Positions 44,033-53,355 of a stretch of DNA of 64,000 nucleotides are shown here, in pieces. The notes beneath the pieces are model-generated. The model was not told where the DNA came from. It made no database searches and saw only the letters and a list, made by a program, of their open reading frames with translations. The stretch's first letter is position 1. Every line of letters begins with the position of its first letter. This stretch comes from Solirubrobacterales bacterium (GTDB taxonomy: Bacteria; Actinomycetota; Thermoleophilia; Solirubrobacterales; Thermoleophilaceae): positions 66-64,065 of the forward strand of contig JAAYBF010000185.1 of NCBI GenBank assembly GCA_012718975.1, read 5' to 3'. Position numbers and translations under genes: made by a program.

Positions 44033-46780
44033 CTATCGGCCTCCCTTGGCCTTGGTCTTGGTCGTGGACTTCGCCCTGCACGGGGTGGTGACTCTCAGGC
44101 CGCGTGCCCGCACCTTCCCGTTCTGACCGCGGAACACGGTCCTGGCGATGTGCTTCTTGGGCTTGGCGCAGAGGTTGATGTCGCCCCTGCGGCTGCCAGT
44201 CACGGCGAGGATGCCGTTCTGGCCACCCTTGATGTTGAGGTTGAACTTGGCGATCGGAGCGTCGGGCACACCGGCGAAGGTGTTGACCAGACGCCCGTTC
44301 TTGGTCGTCGAGGACTTGCCGACCAGGTTGACCGCGATCTCGCCGCGGAGGGCGGCCACGATCATCGGCAGCGTCCGGATCTCGTTGCCCGTGTCGGGGT
44401 CGATCCGGATGTTCTTGACGAAGTACACGTTGCCGACCAGGTCACGCTCCAGCAGCGGCGTCTTCGCCCGCGCCCGCCCCACGATCGAGCCCTCGGGGCA
44501 GTGCTTCTCGAGATCCGGCTTGGTCCCGTCCTCGAACTCGCACAGCGCCTGCGCGTTGTCGGGGTCGAGCGCCAGGCTCGGCGGAAGCACGACCCTGGCG
44601 CGCCGGATGCCCGCCTCGCCGATCCCGGTCTGCCGCACCTCCGCACGGACACCCGGGTGCTTCCCGGTCCGCGTCTGGCGCGGGCCGGTGAGCCGGAGAC
44701 CGAGGCGCGGCTTGAACTTCAGGTCGGCGCAGTCGCTGGCCTGGAACCGTGCCGAGACCGGCGCCGACTGCCCGGCGGCCGAGCCGAGCACCCCGTCGAC
44801 CTGCTTCTGCGCGCACGAGGTCGGGTTGATCATGAAGCCCGGCTTGTCGACGAGCACGTCGACGCGCTGCAGCCGGACCGGGACGCCCTTGACGATCGTC
44901 GGCAGCGGATCGCTGACGACGCTCACCTCGGCGGTGAACGGATCGACGTAGACCTTCTGGCGGACGACGACCTCGCCGAGGTCGAACGGGCCGGCCTTCG
45001 CCGGGACCACGACCCGCAGGCTGTAGGGGGCATCCCCGTAGGCGCCCTCGAGCGTGACCGTGCCGGGCAGCATGAACGGCTGCCCGCCGGGACCGGCGAA
45101 CGTGCGGACCGATCCGACCTGGGTGTTGAGGTTGCCCTTGATCTTCGCGAGCAGCCCGGTGGGCATCTCCAGCGACACCCCGTTCATGGCGGTGTCGCGG
45201 TCGGGCTTGGCTATGTGCAGCGCGAACGGCGAGAACGCGCCGCCGGTCGGGTCGGTCGTGCCGGCCGAGAAGGTCGGCGAGAACCCGCCGAGGCCGGCGG
45301 TGCAGTCGACGTCGAACTCAGAGGTGCGGTCGACCGTCTGGCCACCCCAGGAGCTGAGCTCGATGTCGATCGTCTTGGTGCCGCAGGTCGGCGGCGTCGC
45401 GAGCGGCGCCCGCGGACCCGACTTGAGGTCGAGCTCGATGCTCGACACCGGCAGCTCGGGGTTGTTGTCGAACGTGGTCACCAGCCGCCCGGTGCTCGCG
45501 TCGGCGCGGACCTGGCCGGGAAGCCGGACCGAGATGCCGCGCTTCTCGTTCTCCAGGACCAGCGCCAGGCGGAACATCTCCCCGGACTGCGGGTCGCTGG
45601 AGTTCTGCGAGCGGATGTAGACCCCGCCGGAGATCTCCTCCTCCATCAGCGGCGACTTCGCCGTGACGGTGCCGACCTTCGAGGCCTCCGGGCACTCGAC
45701 CGGCTGCTTGGACTTCAGCTTGAGCTGGGCGTCGGAGCAGGCCTGGAGGCCGTTGGCCGCCGACGGGTTGATCGTCATCCCCTCGGGGAGCGTGACGACC
45801 GCCTTCTTGAGCGCCGGCGGCGCCTGACCCTCATCGTTGTCCTCCTGCGGGAACGACATGTCGACGTCGAGCCCGCTCGGCGCGTCGGGCGCCGTCGTCG
45901 TCGGCGCGATGTCCACCGACGGCTCGAACTCCAACGTGTCGCATGAGGTGATCAGCGGCGACACCGCCTGGGCGGTCTTGAAGACACCGGGATTCGTCCA
46001 GCTGTCGGTCTCGAGGACCGTCACCGGAGCCTCCGCCGGACAGTTCGTCGTCGAGTTCGTCAAGAACGGCTTCTCGAACGCTCCGGGCTCGCCCTTCTCC
46101 CGACAGCGGAAGTTCGAGTTGTTCGGGATGAAGTCCATCTCCACGCCGTAGCTACAGAACGTGGTGTCGACGCTCTTCAGGAAGTTGTTGTTGATCGCCG
46201 GCACGTTCATGTTCACGCCGTAATCACCATCGGAACGCAACTCCGGATACACGATGAACGTCAGGCTGGCCTCGCTGAACCCGAACTCCGCCGGGTAGCC
46301 GTCCTCCGGGGCAACATTGACCACCGGCGTGTTGAGATCAGTCAAACCGCGGACCCGCACCCACCCGACAAACGAATCCTCCGGACAGAACGTCGGCGCG
46401 GCCGAGTTCGTCTGAGCGCCGACGGTGTCCAGCGGGCAGGTACCCGCGGCCTGGGGATTGCCGACGAAGCCGGCCGGGAGCCGCATGCTCAGCGAGCGCG
46501 GGTCCTCGACAGGCCGCTGCGGCGCGAGGGTGTTCGACGGGGACACCCCCGGGCCTGGATCGTAGGTGTTGAACGCGAAGAACGCCCTAGCCGAGTGCGG
46601 GTGCGCGCTGGCGCGTGTCTCGTCCTCACCAGCAGCATTCTTGACCTCGGTGAAGAACGAGCTGATGCCGTACTCGCTGCCCGGTGGCGGACCGACCGCG
46701 CCCGCGGGCGCGGTCGCCCCCAGCATCGCGATGGCCGCCAGGCCCACCGATAGCGCACACCGGCCCAGGAATCGCTCCAT
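44033..46780 (-). CDS. Large secreted Cys-rich modular protein, unknown function (P1)
   Basis: I prefer the start at 46780 (MERFLGRCALSVGLAAIAMLGATAPAGA = signal peptide) with GGAAAGG upstream. It has three repeats of LPxG..NP...C-x13-17-CPExSxVG and a basic tail ending KAKGGR. Confidence 0.8.
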   Translation of the reverse strand: MERFLGRCALSVGLAAIAMLGATAPAGAVGPPPGSEYGISSFFTEVKNAAGEDETRASAHPHSARAFFAFNTYDPGPGVSPSNTLAPQRPVEDPRSLSMRLPAGFVGNPQAAGTCPLDTVGAQTNSAAPTFCPEDSFVGWVRVRGLTDLNTPVVNVAPEDGYPAEFGFSEASLTFIVYPELRSDGDYGVNMNVPAINNNFLKSVDTTFCSYGVEMDFIPNNSNFRCREKGEPGAFEKPFLTNSTTNCPAEAPVTVLETDSWTNPGVFKTAQAVSPLITSCDTLEFEPSVDIAPTTTAPDAPSGLDVDMSFPQEDNDEGQAPPALKKAVVTLPEGMTINPSAANGLQACSDAQLKLKSKQPVECPEASKVGTVTAKSPLMEEEISGGVYIRSQNSSDPQSGEMFRLALVLENEKRGISVRLPGQVRADASTGRLVTTFDNNPELPVSSIELDLKSGPRAPLATPPTCGTKTIDIELSSWGGQTVDRTSEFDVDCTAGLGGFSPTFSAGTTDPTGGAFSPFALHIAKPDRDTAMNGVSLEMPTGLLAKIKGNLNTQVGSVRTFAGPGGQPFMLPGTVTLEGAYGDAPYSLRVVVPAKAGPFDLGEVVVRQKVYVDPFTAEVSVVSDPLPTIVKGVPVRLQRVDVLVDKPGFMINPTSCAQKQVDGVLGSAAGQSAPVSARFQASDCADLKFKPRLGLRLTGPRQTRTGKHPGVRAEVRQTGIGEAGIRRARVVLPPSLALDPDNAQALCEFEDGTKPDLEKHCPEGSIVGRARAKTPLLERDLVGNVYFVKNIRIDPDTGNEIRTLPMIVAALRGEIAVNLVGKSSTTKNGRLVNTFAGVPDAPIAKFNLNIKGGQNGILAVTGSRRGDINLCAKPKKHIARTVFRGQNGKVRARGLRVTTPCRAKSTTKTKAKGGR

Positions 46781-46812
46781 CCTGTTTGCCTTTCCAGCCG
46801 ACTCGACCGACA

Positions 46813-49800
46813 TCAACGACCGCCCTTCTTGGCCTTGTTCTGTTTCCGCTGCGGCTGCTTGAAGGTGACCCTCACGGTCCTGGAAGCGGACTGGCCGTCC
46901 TTGGCCCGATACGAGATCCGGACACGGACCTTCAGCGCCTTGCGCTTCCTCAACGCCTTCCTCGCACGGAAGCCCAGGGCGACCTTCACCGTGTAGCTCC
47001 CGGCCCTCGACGCGAACCGCCTGGTCCGCCGGACCGCGCGGCCGGCAACTGAGATCCGTCCCGCGTCCGGCACCCGCACCTTCAACCGTCCAGCCGGTCC
47101 GGTGACCGCCTTCACCTTCGAGACGCCGACCACAGCCCTCTTCTCATGCGGGACGTTCCCTTCTCCGCCAGAGCGCACCGAGCCGATCGAATCAGGCGCC
47201 GGCGGAGCCGACAGCTCCCCCTGACACCCCTCACCCTGACACGGCTCGGGCGGCGCCGGCGACGGCGCGAACCCGCCACCCCGACGCAAGACGTACGTCG
47301 CCACCGAGCCGCTGGTGTGCTCAGGCAGCAACGGCGCGGCGGTCGTGATCGTGATCGTGTCCCCAGACGGCGACATCGTCACCGCTCCCGCGTCCTGAAT
47401 CGACTGCCCGGACGACAGCAGGAAGAACTCGTCGTCCGCGGCCCGCCACAGATACGCGTCCTCGGCCGTGTTCACATCGTCAGGACTCAAGCGCTCCGCC
47501 GTCTTGAAGATGAAGCTGGCGCCACCATTGGAGAACTGACGAGCCGCGCCGTGGCGATTCGAGACCGACTGCAGCGAGCCGGTGCCATTGGCCGCTGTCA
47601 TCGTCCCGAAATCCGGCGATATCCCGGCGCTGCGGGCCGCGCCGTTGTGGTCGGGATCGTCCGGCCAGAGTCGCCGCAGGCCCCCGCTGTGGGCATCGAA
47701 GCGAAAGACATCGTTGAACGTATCGCCGGGCAGGCGATCCCCGGCGAGATCGGCCGTGCTCAAGAAGAATGCGTACCGTCCCGAATCGGACAGCTGGATC
47801 TTTCGACGCACATCGCCAGCCCAAAGATCGGCGTCGGCGGCCGCGAGCGTCCCCACGAACTTGATCGTTCCGGCCGGATCGGGCGCTGGACGGTGGTACA
47901 CGTACAGGTTTGGCTGACCAGACTGCGGCGTGTTGCCATAGACGTTTGCACCCGCGAGCGCCCGCCCGTTGGCCACGAAGTAGACACGGCTACCGTCATC
48001 GGACACCCGCACGACGTTGAGCACACCGGCTCCGTCCGCCTCCGTGCCGATCGTCACCGGGACCAGCTTGTTGCCCGGACGCTCGAAGTCGTACTCGTAC
48101 AGATCCATCTTGCTGGCCGTGTCCAGATCGCCGTCAACCAGCTTCTGCTCGGTCTTGAAGTACACGCGGTTGCCGTCCCGAGACGCGCCCGAGAACGCCG
48201 CGCGCTGCTGCACTCCACAATCGGTCGTGCACTGCGTTGCAGAAAGGTCGACGGGATCGTTCGCCCCCTCCTTCATCCACACACGATTGACCGCGGCCGA
48301 GTTGCAAGCCGGGAGCGCCAACGACGGAGTGAAGAAGATCCGCTGACCATCCGCAGACACCGCATGCAGCCCAGTCACACCCGTGGTGCCGAGATACCCA
48401 CCGAGATGCATGGTGCACGTCGGAAACATCGTGGCGCCCCCGCTGAACGCCACCTGGCGAGTCTCGATCGAACCGTCGGGCTGACGCACGGCGACCATGA
48501 GGGTCTCGCGTGAGGTCGGACGCGCGTCGACGGTCCCGTCGGTCAGCGCCGGCCGATCCTTGGTCCTGAACACGACGGTATTCAGATCGGCCGATGTCCC
48601 CACGATGGTGCTCGAACCGGTCGAGTCGTCGAGTACGGGGCCCGCGACGCGCATGGTCCCATCGCTCTCCCGGATGAACGGGGTGAAGCGATTCGTGCCG
48701 ACGTCGGCGCGCGCGTTGCCCATCCAAAGCGCGCGTGAGCCATCGTCGGTGTGATCCCGGACCCCGCCCTGCCCCTGCAAGAACGGGTACACGGATCCGG
48801 GCGGAGTGAGCGGCTCGGTCACCCAGCCGGACTCGGTCCTGCGGGCGAAGTACAGGTTGTTGAAGTTCGTGAGATTCTCGGAGTCGGCGAACCCGCCCGC
48901 TGAACTGAACAGCAGCGAGTTGCCTTCGGGATTCATCGCTCCAGCAAGAGCACGCTGCCCGCTGGTCCAGTTCGGCGTGGCCAGCTCGTATGCGAAGCAC
49001 ATGGGTAGGACCTGGGCGGCGAGTCCTTGCTGGGCGCGGATGTCGGCGTTCGGGCACGGGTCGTGGGGTGCTACGTCGCTGCGGAAGGTCCGATCGGCTC
49101 CGAGAGCGGTGCCGCCACCGTTCTCGGCGACGAGGCGGTAGTGGTAGGTGGTGTCGGGCTGGAGCCGGCCGGTCGTCGCCGACACGTCCACGACGTCCTC
49201 ACCGGGCCCCAGCTTGGGCGGCTGGCAGGCGGCGCGGCGGCCGTAGTCGGTCGTCAGGCCGTACTCGAAGTAGCAGTCGCTGGTCGGGAACGAGGCGCTG
49301 TTGGGATTGACGGCGCCGGCGAGCTTGGCTGACGGGAAGTCGATATCGCTGGCCGAGCCGGTGGTCACCTCTGGGGCGTCGGGCTTCGGTGCGAATGTCG
49401 CCGTCGCGTCAAGCGGATTGACGAGGACGGCGGCGGTCTGACACGTCGGACTATCCCCCGAGCAGGTGCCTCCCACGGTGCCGGACCAGCCGACGAACGC
49501 CGCGTCCTCGGCCGGCGTGGCGGTGAGCTGGATGCCAGCGAAGTTGATAGGGAAGTCGAAGCTGCAGGCCGTCTGCTCGGCGCCTGGAATGTTCGAGCAG
49601 TCGATTCCCGCGGGATCGCTGACGACGTGCCCGGTCCCGGGTCCCGCGAGCGTTACCGAGACCACCGCGGCGGACGCGCTCGCCGGCAGGGCAGCCACGG
49701 CCAACGCGACGGCGACAACAAGGCCGAGCGGCAATGCCAGCCGCGGCCTGAGAGCGGGGGCCCTTCGCGCTCGTCGTTCGCTTCGGACTGAGTGGGGCAT

Positions 49801-49818
49801 ATCTGTTGGGTCCTCCAT
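46813..49818 (-). CDS. Large secreted multidomain protein (P2): InlB-B-repeat-like, FN3-like, PD40/TolB-like beta-propeller repeats, Ig-like C-terminus
   Basis: Signal peptide RRAPALRPRLALPLGLVVAVALAVAALPASASA. B-repeat-like VTLAGPGTGHVVSDPAGIDC...FVGWSG and FN3-like YFEYGLTTDYG...TTYHYRLVA. Recurrent DG(S/Q/N)R(V/I)(Y/F)F motifs, and a tail ending KAKKGGR. Possible starts are 49818, 49800 or 49881. Confidence 0.8.
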   Translation of the reverse strand: MEDPTDMPHSVRSERRARRAPALRPRLALPLGLVVAVALAVAALPASASAAVVSVTLAGPGTGHVVSDPAGIDCSNIPGAEQTACSFDFPINFAGIQLTATPAEDAAFVGWSGTVGGTCSGDSPTCQTAAVLVNPLDATATFAPKPDAPEVTTGSASDIDFPSAKLAGAVNPNSASFPTSDCYFEYGLTTDYGRRAACQPPKLGPGEDVVDVSATTGRLQPDTTYHYRLVAENGGGTALGADRTFRSDVAPHDPCPNADIRAQQGLAAQVLPMCFAYELATPNWTSGQRALAGAMNPEGNSLLFSSAGGFADSENLTNFNNLYFARRTESGWVTEPLTPPGSVYPFLQGQGGVRDHTDDGSRALWMGNARADVGTNRFTPFIRESDGTMRVAGPVLDDSTGSSTIVGTSADLNTVVFRTKDRPALTDGTVDARPTSRETLMVAVRQPDGSIETRQVAFSGGATMFPTCTMHLGGYLGTTGVTGLHAVSADGQRIFFTPSLALPACNSAAVNRVWMKEGANDPVDLSATQCTTDCGVQQRAAFSGASRDGNRVYFKTEQKLVDGDLDTASKMDLYEYDFERPGNKLVPVTIGTEADGAGVLNVVRVSDDGSRVYFVANGRALAGANVYGNTPQSGQPNLYVYHRPAPDPAGTIKFVGTLAAADADLWAGDVRRKIQLSDSGRYAFFLSTADLAGDRLPGDTFNDVFRFDAHSGGLRRLWPDDPDHNGAARSAGISPDFGTMTAANGTGSLQSVSNRHGAARQFSNGGASFIFKTAERLSPDDVNTAEDAYLWRAADDEFFLLSSGQSIQDAGAVTMSPSGDTITITTAAPLLPEHTSGSVATYVLRRGGGFAPSPAPPEPCQGEGCQGELSAPPAPDSIGSVRSGGEGNVPHEKRAVVGVSKVKAVTGPAGRLKVRVPDAGRISVAGRAVRRTRRFASRAGSYTVKVALGFRARKALRKRKALKVRVRISYRAKDGQSASRTVRVTFKQPQRKQNKAKKGGR

Positions 49819-49896
49819 CGTGCCTTCTCGACTTTCTCCCGCCACGGGCGCCAGCCGGCCAGAAGCGGTACGCATCTCCATCGCTCAGGACACGTC

Positions 49897-49918
49897 GTTT
49901 GCGCCAAAAGACGCAAAC
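49897..49918. promoter_or_regulatory. Inverted repeat GTTTGCG-n8-CGCAAAC in the divergent region between the secreted-protein operon and the tandem TetR gene
   Basis: 7-bp arms in a locally AT-richer spacer. The direct repeats AGAACGCGCG at 50035-50044 and 50062-50071 lie nearer the TetR start. Confidence 0.4.
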
Positions 49919-50098
49919 AGCCATGTCCATGATCTTTCTAAGAAACACCTAGCTACCGATTTCGTCAAGGGGCAACCGTGAGTGGGTGCTCGATCCGGAC
50001 AGGAAGCTGAGGTCCGGCCAGCGCCGACCGGCCCAGAACGCGCGGCGGCGCGCCTAGAGATAGAACGCGCGTGCGCTCGTTGTAGGCTCGGTGGCCGC

Positions 50099-51412
50099 AT
50101 GACGAAGACTCCCTGGGGCGATTCCGAGGAGCTGCGTGCCCGCAAGCTCACGCCGGGGCACCGTCTCCCCGCGGCGGAAGTGGCGCGCAGCCAGCGGGAA
50201 CGCCTGCTCGCCGCGGTCGTCGCCACGGTGGCCGAGCAGGGCTACGAACGGACCTCGGTCGCCGACATCGTCGAGGCGTCAGGGGTCTCGCGCACCGCCT
50301 TCTACAGGCACTTCTCGAACAAGGAGGAGTGCTTCGTCGCGGCGGTCGACGGGACTCTCGAGATCGCGATGGCGGCTATCGGCGAGGCCTACCGCACCGA
50401 GGGCGGCTGGGACGCCCGACTCGTCCGGGCGTTCGAGACCTACGTGAACGAGATCATGGCCCAGCCAGCCGCGGCTCAGATCTGCCTGATCGATACCTTC
50501 GCCGCGGGCCCCGCCGCTATCGAGCGCGTCAACCGCGGCGGGGCGCAGTTCGAGCGGATGCTGCGGCAGAGCTTCGCGCAGTCGCCCCTGCACGCGGGGC
50601 TGCCGCCCTTGGTGGTCCGCGGCATCGTCGGCGGGGTGCGCAACGTGGTCGCGACACGGCTCCGGGTCGGCCAGGCCGACACCCTGGGCGAGCTCGCACC
50701 GGGACTGGGCGCTTGGACGCTGACCTACCGCGCGCCCTCGACCCCGATCCGGCGCCCGCGCGTGCAGCCGGCGGCACCCGGCGCCGCCCGCCCGGACGCC
50801 AACGACCAGATGGCGCGGATCTTCGCCGCGCTCGATTCGGTCGTCCGCGAGAAGGGCTATCTGGCGACCACCCTCGACGACGTCGCCGACCGGTCGGCGA
50901 TCTCGTTCAGCACGTACTACAACTACTTCAGCACCAAGGAAGAGGCGTTTCTCGCCGCCTACGACCAGGGGATCGCCCAGGCGTACGCGGCGTCCGCCCC
51001 CCCGTTCCAGCGCGCCCCGGACTGGCCGCACGGCGTGCGAGCGGCCCTGGAGGGCCTGCTCACCTACCTGGCCCGCGAGCCCGACTGGGCCTACTCGGCC
51101 GTCGTCGAGGTGCTGGCCGTCGGCGCCCCCGGGATAGCGCGCCGCGATGCCGCGATCGAGAAGTTCACGAGGATGCTCGAACCCGGCTTCGAAGAGGCCC
51201 CCGACCTCGCTCCGGTCGCCCGTGAGGCGATCGGCGGCGCGATCTTCGAGACGCTCTACAACCGCATCCGCGAGCGCGACTCGCGCAAGCTGCTCGACCT
51301 GCTGCCGACGGTGACCTTCCTCGCCCTCGCGCCGTTCATCGGGGCCGACGCGGCGGTCGCCGTCGCCAACGAGCGGGCGCCGCGCCGAGTCGCCCACAGC
51401 CGCGCCTCCTAA
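50099..51412 (+). CDS. Tandem (fused double) TetR-family regulator
   Basis: 437 aa with two complete TetR_N HTH segments (YERTSVADIVEASGVSRTAFYRHFSNKEECF and YLATTLDDVADRSAISFSTYYNYFSTKEEAF). Each is followed by a helical ligand-domain-like region. Confidence 0.8.
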   Translation: MTKTPWGDSEELRARKLTPGHRLPAAEVARSQRERLLAAVVATVAEQGYERTSVADIVEASGVSRTAFYRHFSNKEECFVAAVDGTLEIAMAAIGEAYRTEGGWDARLVRAFETYVNEIMAQPAAAQICLIDTFAAGPAAIERVNRGGAQFERMLRQSFAQSPLHAGLPPLVVRGIVGGVRNVVATRLRVGQADTLGELAPGLGAWTLTYRAPSTPIRRPRVQPAAPGAARPDANDQMARIFAALDSVVREKGYLATTLDDVADRSAISFSTYYNYFSTKEEAFLAAYDQGIAQAYAASAPPFQRAPDWPHGVRAALEGLLTYLAREPDWAYSAVVEVLAVGAPGIARRDAAIEKFTRMLEPGFEEAPDLAPVAREAIGGAIFETLYNRIRERDSRKLLDLLPTVTFLALAPFIGADAAVAVANERAPRRVAHSRAS

Positions 51413-51531
51413 CGCCGTCCCGGCCGGCTCCCGACGCGACCGGCCGGCGCCGGCCCGGCACGACCTGCCGCGGTATGGCAGACTGACCATGACCGGTATT
51501 GATAAGCTTCCGTACTTACGATTGGGAGCCG

Positions 51532-52185
51532 ATGCGCGAGGCGGGGAACCAAGGGGGCGCGACCGCGCCCAGATCGAAGCGCCGCAGGCGAGGCCAGCTC
51601 AAGAGCGGCCCCCACGGGCTGACGCGTGAGGAGGTCGCTGCCCATCAGAGCGCACGCATCCAAGCGGCGATGAGCGAGCTCGTGGCGGCGCGTGGCTACG
51701 ACGGGACCACCGTCGAGGAGATCGTCACGCGAGCCGGCGTATCGCGGAAGACGTTCTACGAACGCCACAAGAGCCGTGAACAGTGGTTCATCGAGATCTG
51801 CCAGACCGCCGCGGGCGGGTTGAGCGATCGGATCACGCGTGCCGGCGAGGCTGGCGGAAGCCGCAGCGAGCGCGCCGCGCGGATCGCAACCACGCTGCTC
51901 GGGCACTGGCTCGACGACCCCACCTCGGCGCACGCGTGCTTCGTCGAGACCCTCGCCGCCGGCGAGCAGGCCCGGGCGTGGCGCGGACAGCTGCTCGAAA
52001 CCCTCCACACGACCATCGCTCAGGCGATCGGCGGAGAGCGTGCCCCAGACATCGATCGCCTCGCGACACGGGCCGCGGTCGGGGCGGTCCTGGAGCTGGT
52101 CGGCCACGACGCGATCCAGGTCGACGAGCAGCAAGCCGTCGCGCTGATACAGACCATCCTCGTCACCGGCGAGCCACCGCGATGA
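51532..52185 (+). CDS. TetR-family transcriptional regulator (single module)
   Basis: Contains YDGTTVEEIVTRAGVSRKTFYERHKSREQWF. The ATG at 51532 has GGGAG upstream; the track start at 51499 is a TTG. Confidence 0.8.
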   Translation: MREAGNQGGATAPRSKRRRRGQLKSGPHGLTREEVAAHQSARIQAAMSELVAARGYDGTTVEEIVTRAGVSRKTFYERHKSREQWFIEICQTAAGGLSDRITRAGEAGGSRSERAARIATTLLGHWLDDPTSAHACFVETLAAGEQARAWRGQLLETLHTTIAQAIGGERAPDIDRLATRAAVGAVLELVGHDAIQVDEQQAVALIQTILVTGEPPR

Positions 52186-53309
52186 CCGCGACCCCGTGGG
52201 GAGACCCGCGCGACCTGCACGCCCGCACACGGCCCGCCGCAGATGACGGGGGGACGGTGCGCGAGCGGGTCCACGCGGCGATGGTGACCGCCGTCGCCGA
52301 GCGCGGCTACGACGCGATCCGCGAGGACGACCTGGCCGAGCTCGCGGGCGTGACGCGCGCCGCTTTCGACGCGGAGTTCGACGACCGCCTCGGCTGCTTC
52401 GTCGCGACGCTCGAAGCCACGCTCGAGCTCGCAGCGGCCGCCGCGACGGCCGCCGTCCGACCGGAGGCGGACTGGCGCGCCCGCATCGAGCTCTCCTTCC
52501 AGGCGCTCCTGGAGTTCGTCGCGGCCTATCCGGCCGCCGCGCGGCTCTGCCTCGTCGACGTCTACGCCGCCGGGCCTGCGGCGGTCGCCGCGCTCGACCG
52601 GAGGACCCGCACGGTGGGTCGCTGGGCGATCTCGACCATCGAGCAGTCGCCGGAGCGGGCGAGCATGCCGCGCGACATCGTGCGCGCGGCAGTCGGTGGG
52701 GTGCGCCACATTGTTCAGGCGCGCATCATGGCGGGGCGCACGAGCGAGCTGCCCGGTCTCGCCCCCGCGCTCGTGGACTGGCTGCTGACCTATCGCACGC
52801 CGCCGGTCGACCTCCCGCCGGCGATCGCGGGCGCGCCACCGCCCCCGGAGGACGTACGCGACCGCCGCGGCCTGGACCGGTCGTCACGCGTCGCCGCGCT
52901 CGAGGAGTCCGTCGTGCGGATGCGCGACACCGCCGTGCGCGCCTACCGTGCCGCGCCCGACTGGACCCGCGGGGTGCGCGACGGCCTGAGGGCGCTACTG
53001 GAGTACCTCTCGACGCACCCGGCGGAGGCGCGCCTGGCGACCGAGGTCGTCTGGGCGGGGCCGGCGGTCCGAGCCCGCTTCGACGCGCTGGCGGTGGGCT
53101 TTGCGATCCAGCTCGCGGAGGGCCTGCGCGGGCGCTCGCCCGCACCGGGACTCGCGGCCGAGGCAATCGGGTTCAGCATCGCAACGCTCATCTTCGAACG
53201 CACGACCCGGCAGGGGCCCGAGCAGCTCGAGGAGATCGGCCCGGTCGCGACGTTCGTCGCACTCGCCCCCGCCGTCGGCGCGATCGAGGCCTGCGCCGTG
53301 GTCGAGTGA
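52182..53309 (+). CDS. TetR-like regulator, long paralogue of 50099..51412 lacking the second HTH
   Basis: The ATG overlaps the upstream stop (ATGA). It shares the N-terminus MT-TPWGD with the tandem TetR and has one HTH-like segment (YDAIREDDLAELAGVTRAAFDAEFDDRLGCF). Its second half aligns to the second ligand domain of the tandem protein (APDWTRGVRDGLRALLEYL versus APDWPHGVRAALEGLLTYL). Confidence 0.7.
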   Translation: MTATPWGDPRDLHARTRPAADDGGTVRERVHAAMVTAVAERGYDAIREDDLAELAGVTRAAFDAEFDDRLGCFVATLEATLELAAAAATAAVRPEADWRARIELSFQALLEFVAAYPAAARLCLVDVYAAGPAAVAALDRRTRTVGRWAISTIEQSPERASMPRDIVRAAVGGVRHIVQARIMAGRTSELPGLAPALVDWLLTYRTPPVDLPPAIAGAPPPPEDVRDRRGLDRSSRVAALEESVVRMRDTAVRAYRAAPDWTRGVRDGLRALLEYLSTHPAEARLATEVVWAGPAVRARFDALAVGFAIQLAEGLRGRSPAPGLAAEAIGFSIATLIFERTTRQGPEQLEEIGPVATFVALAPAVGAIEACAVVE

Positions 53310-53355
53310 GGGCCAGCGGCCCGCGGAAGGCCGCGTCCCGCGCTCGCTGACGCCG

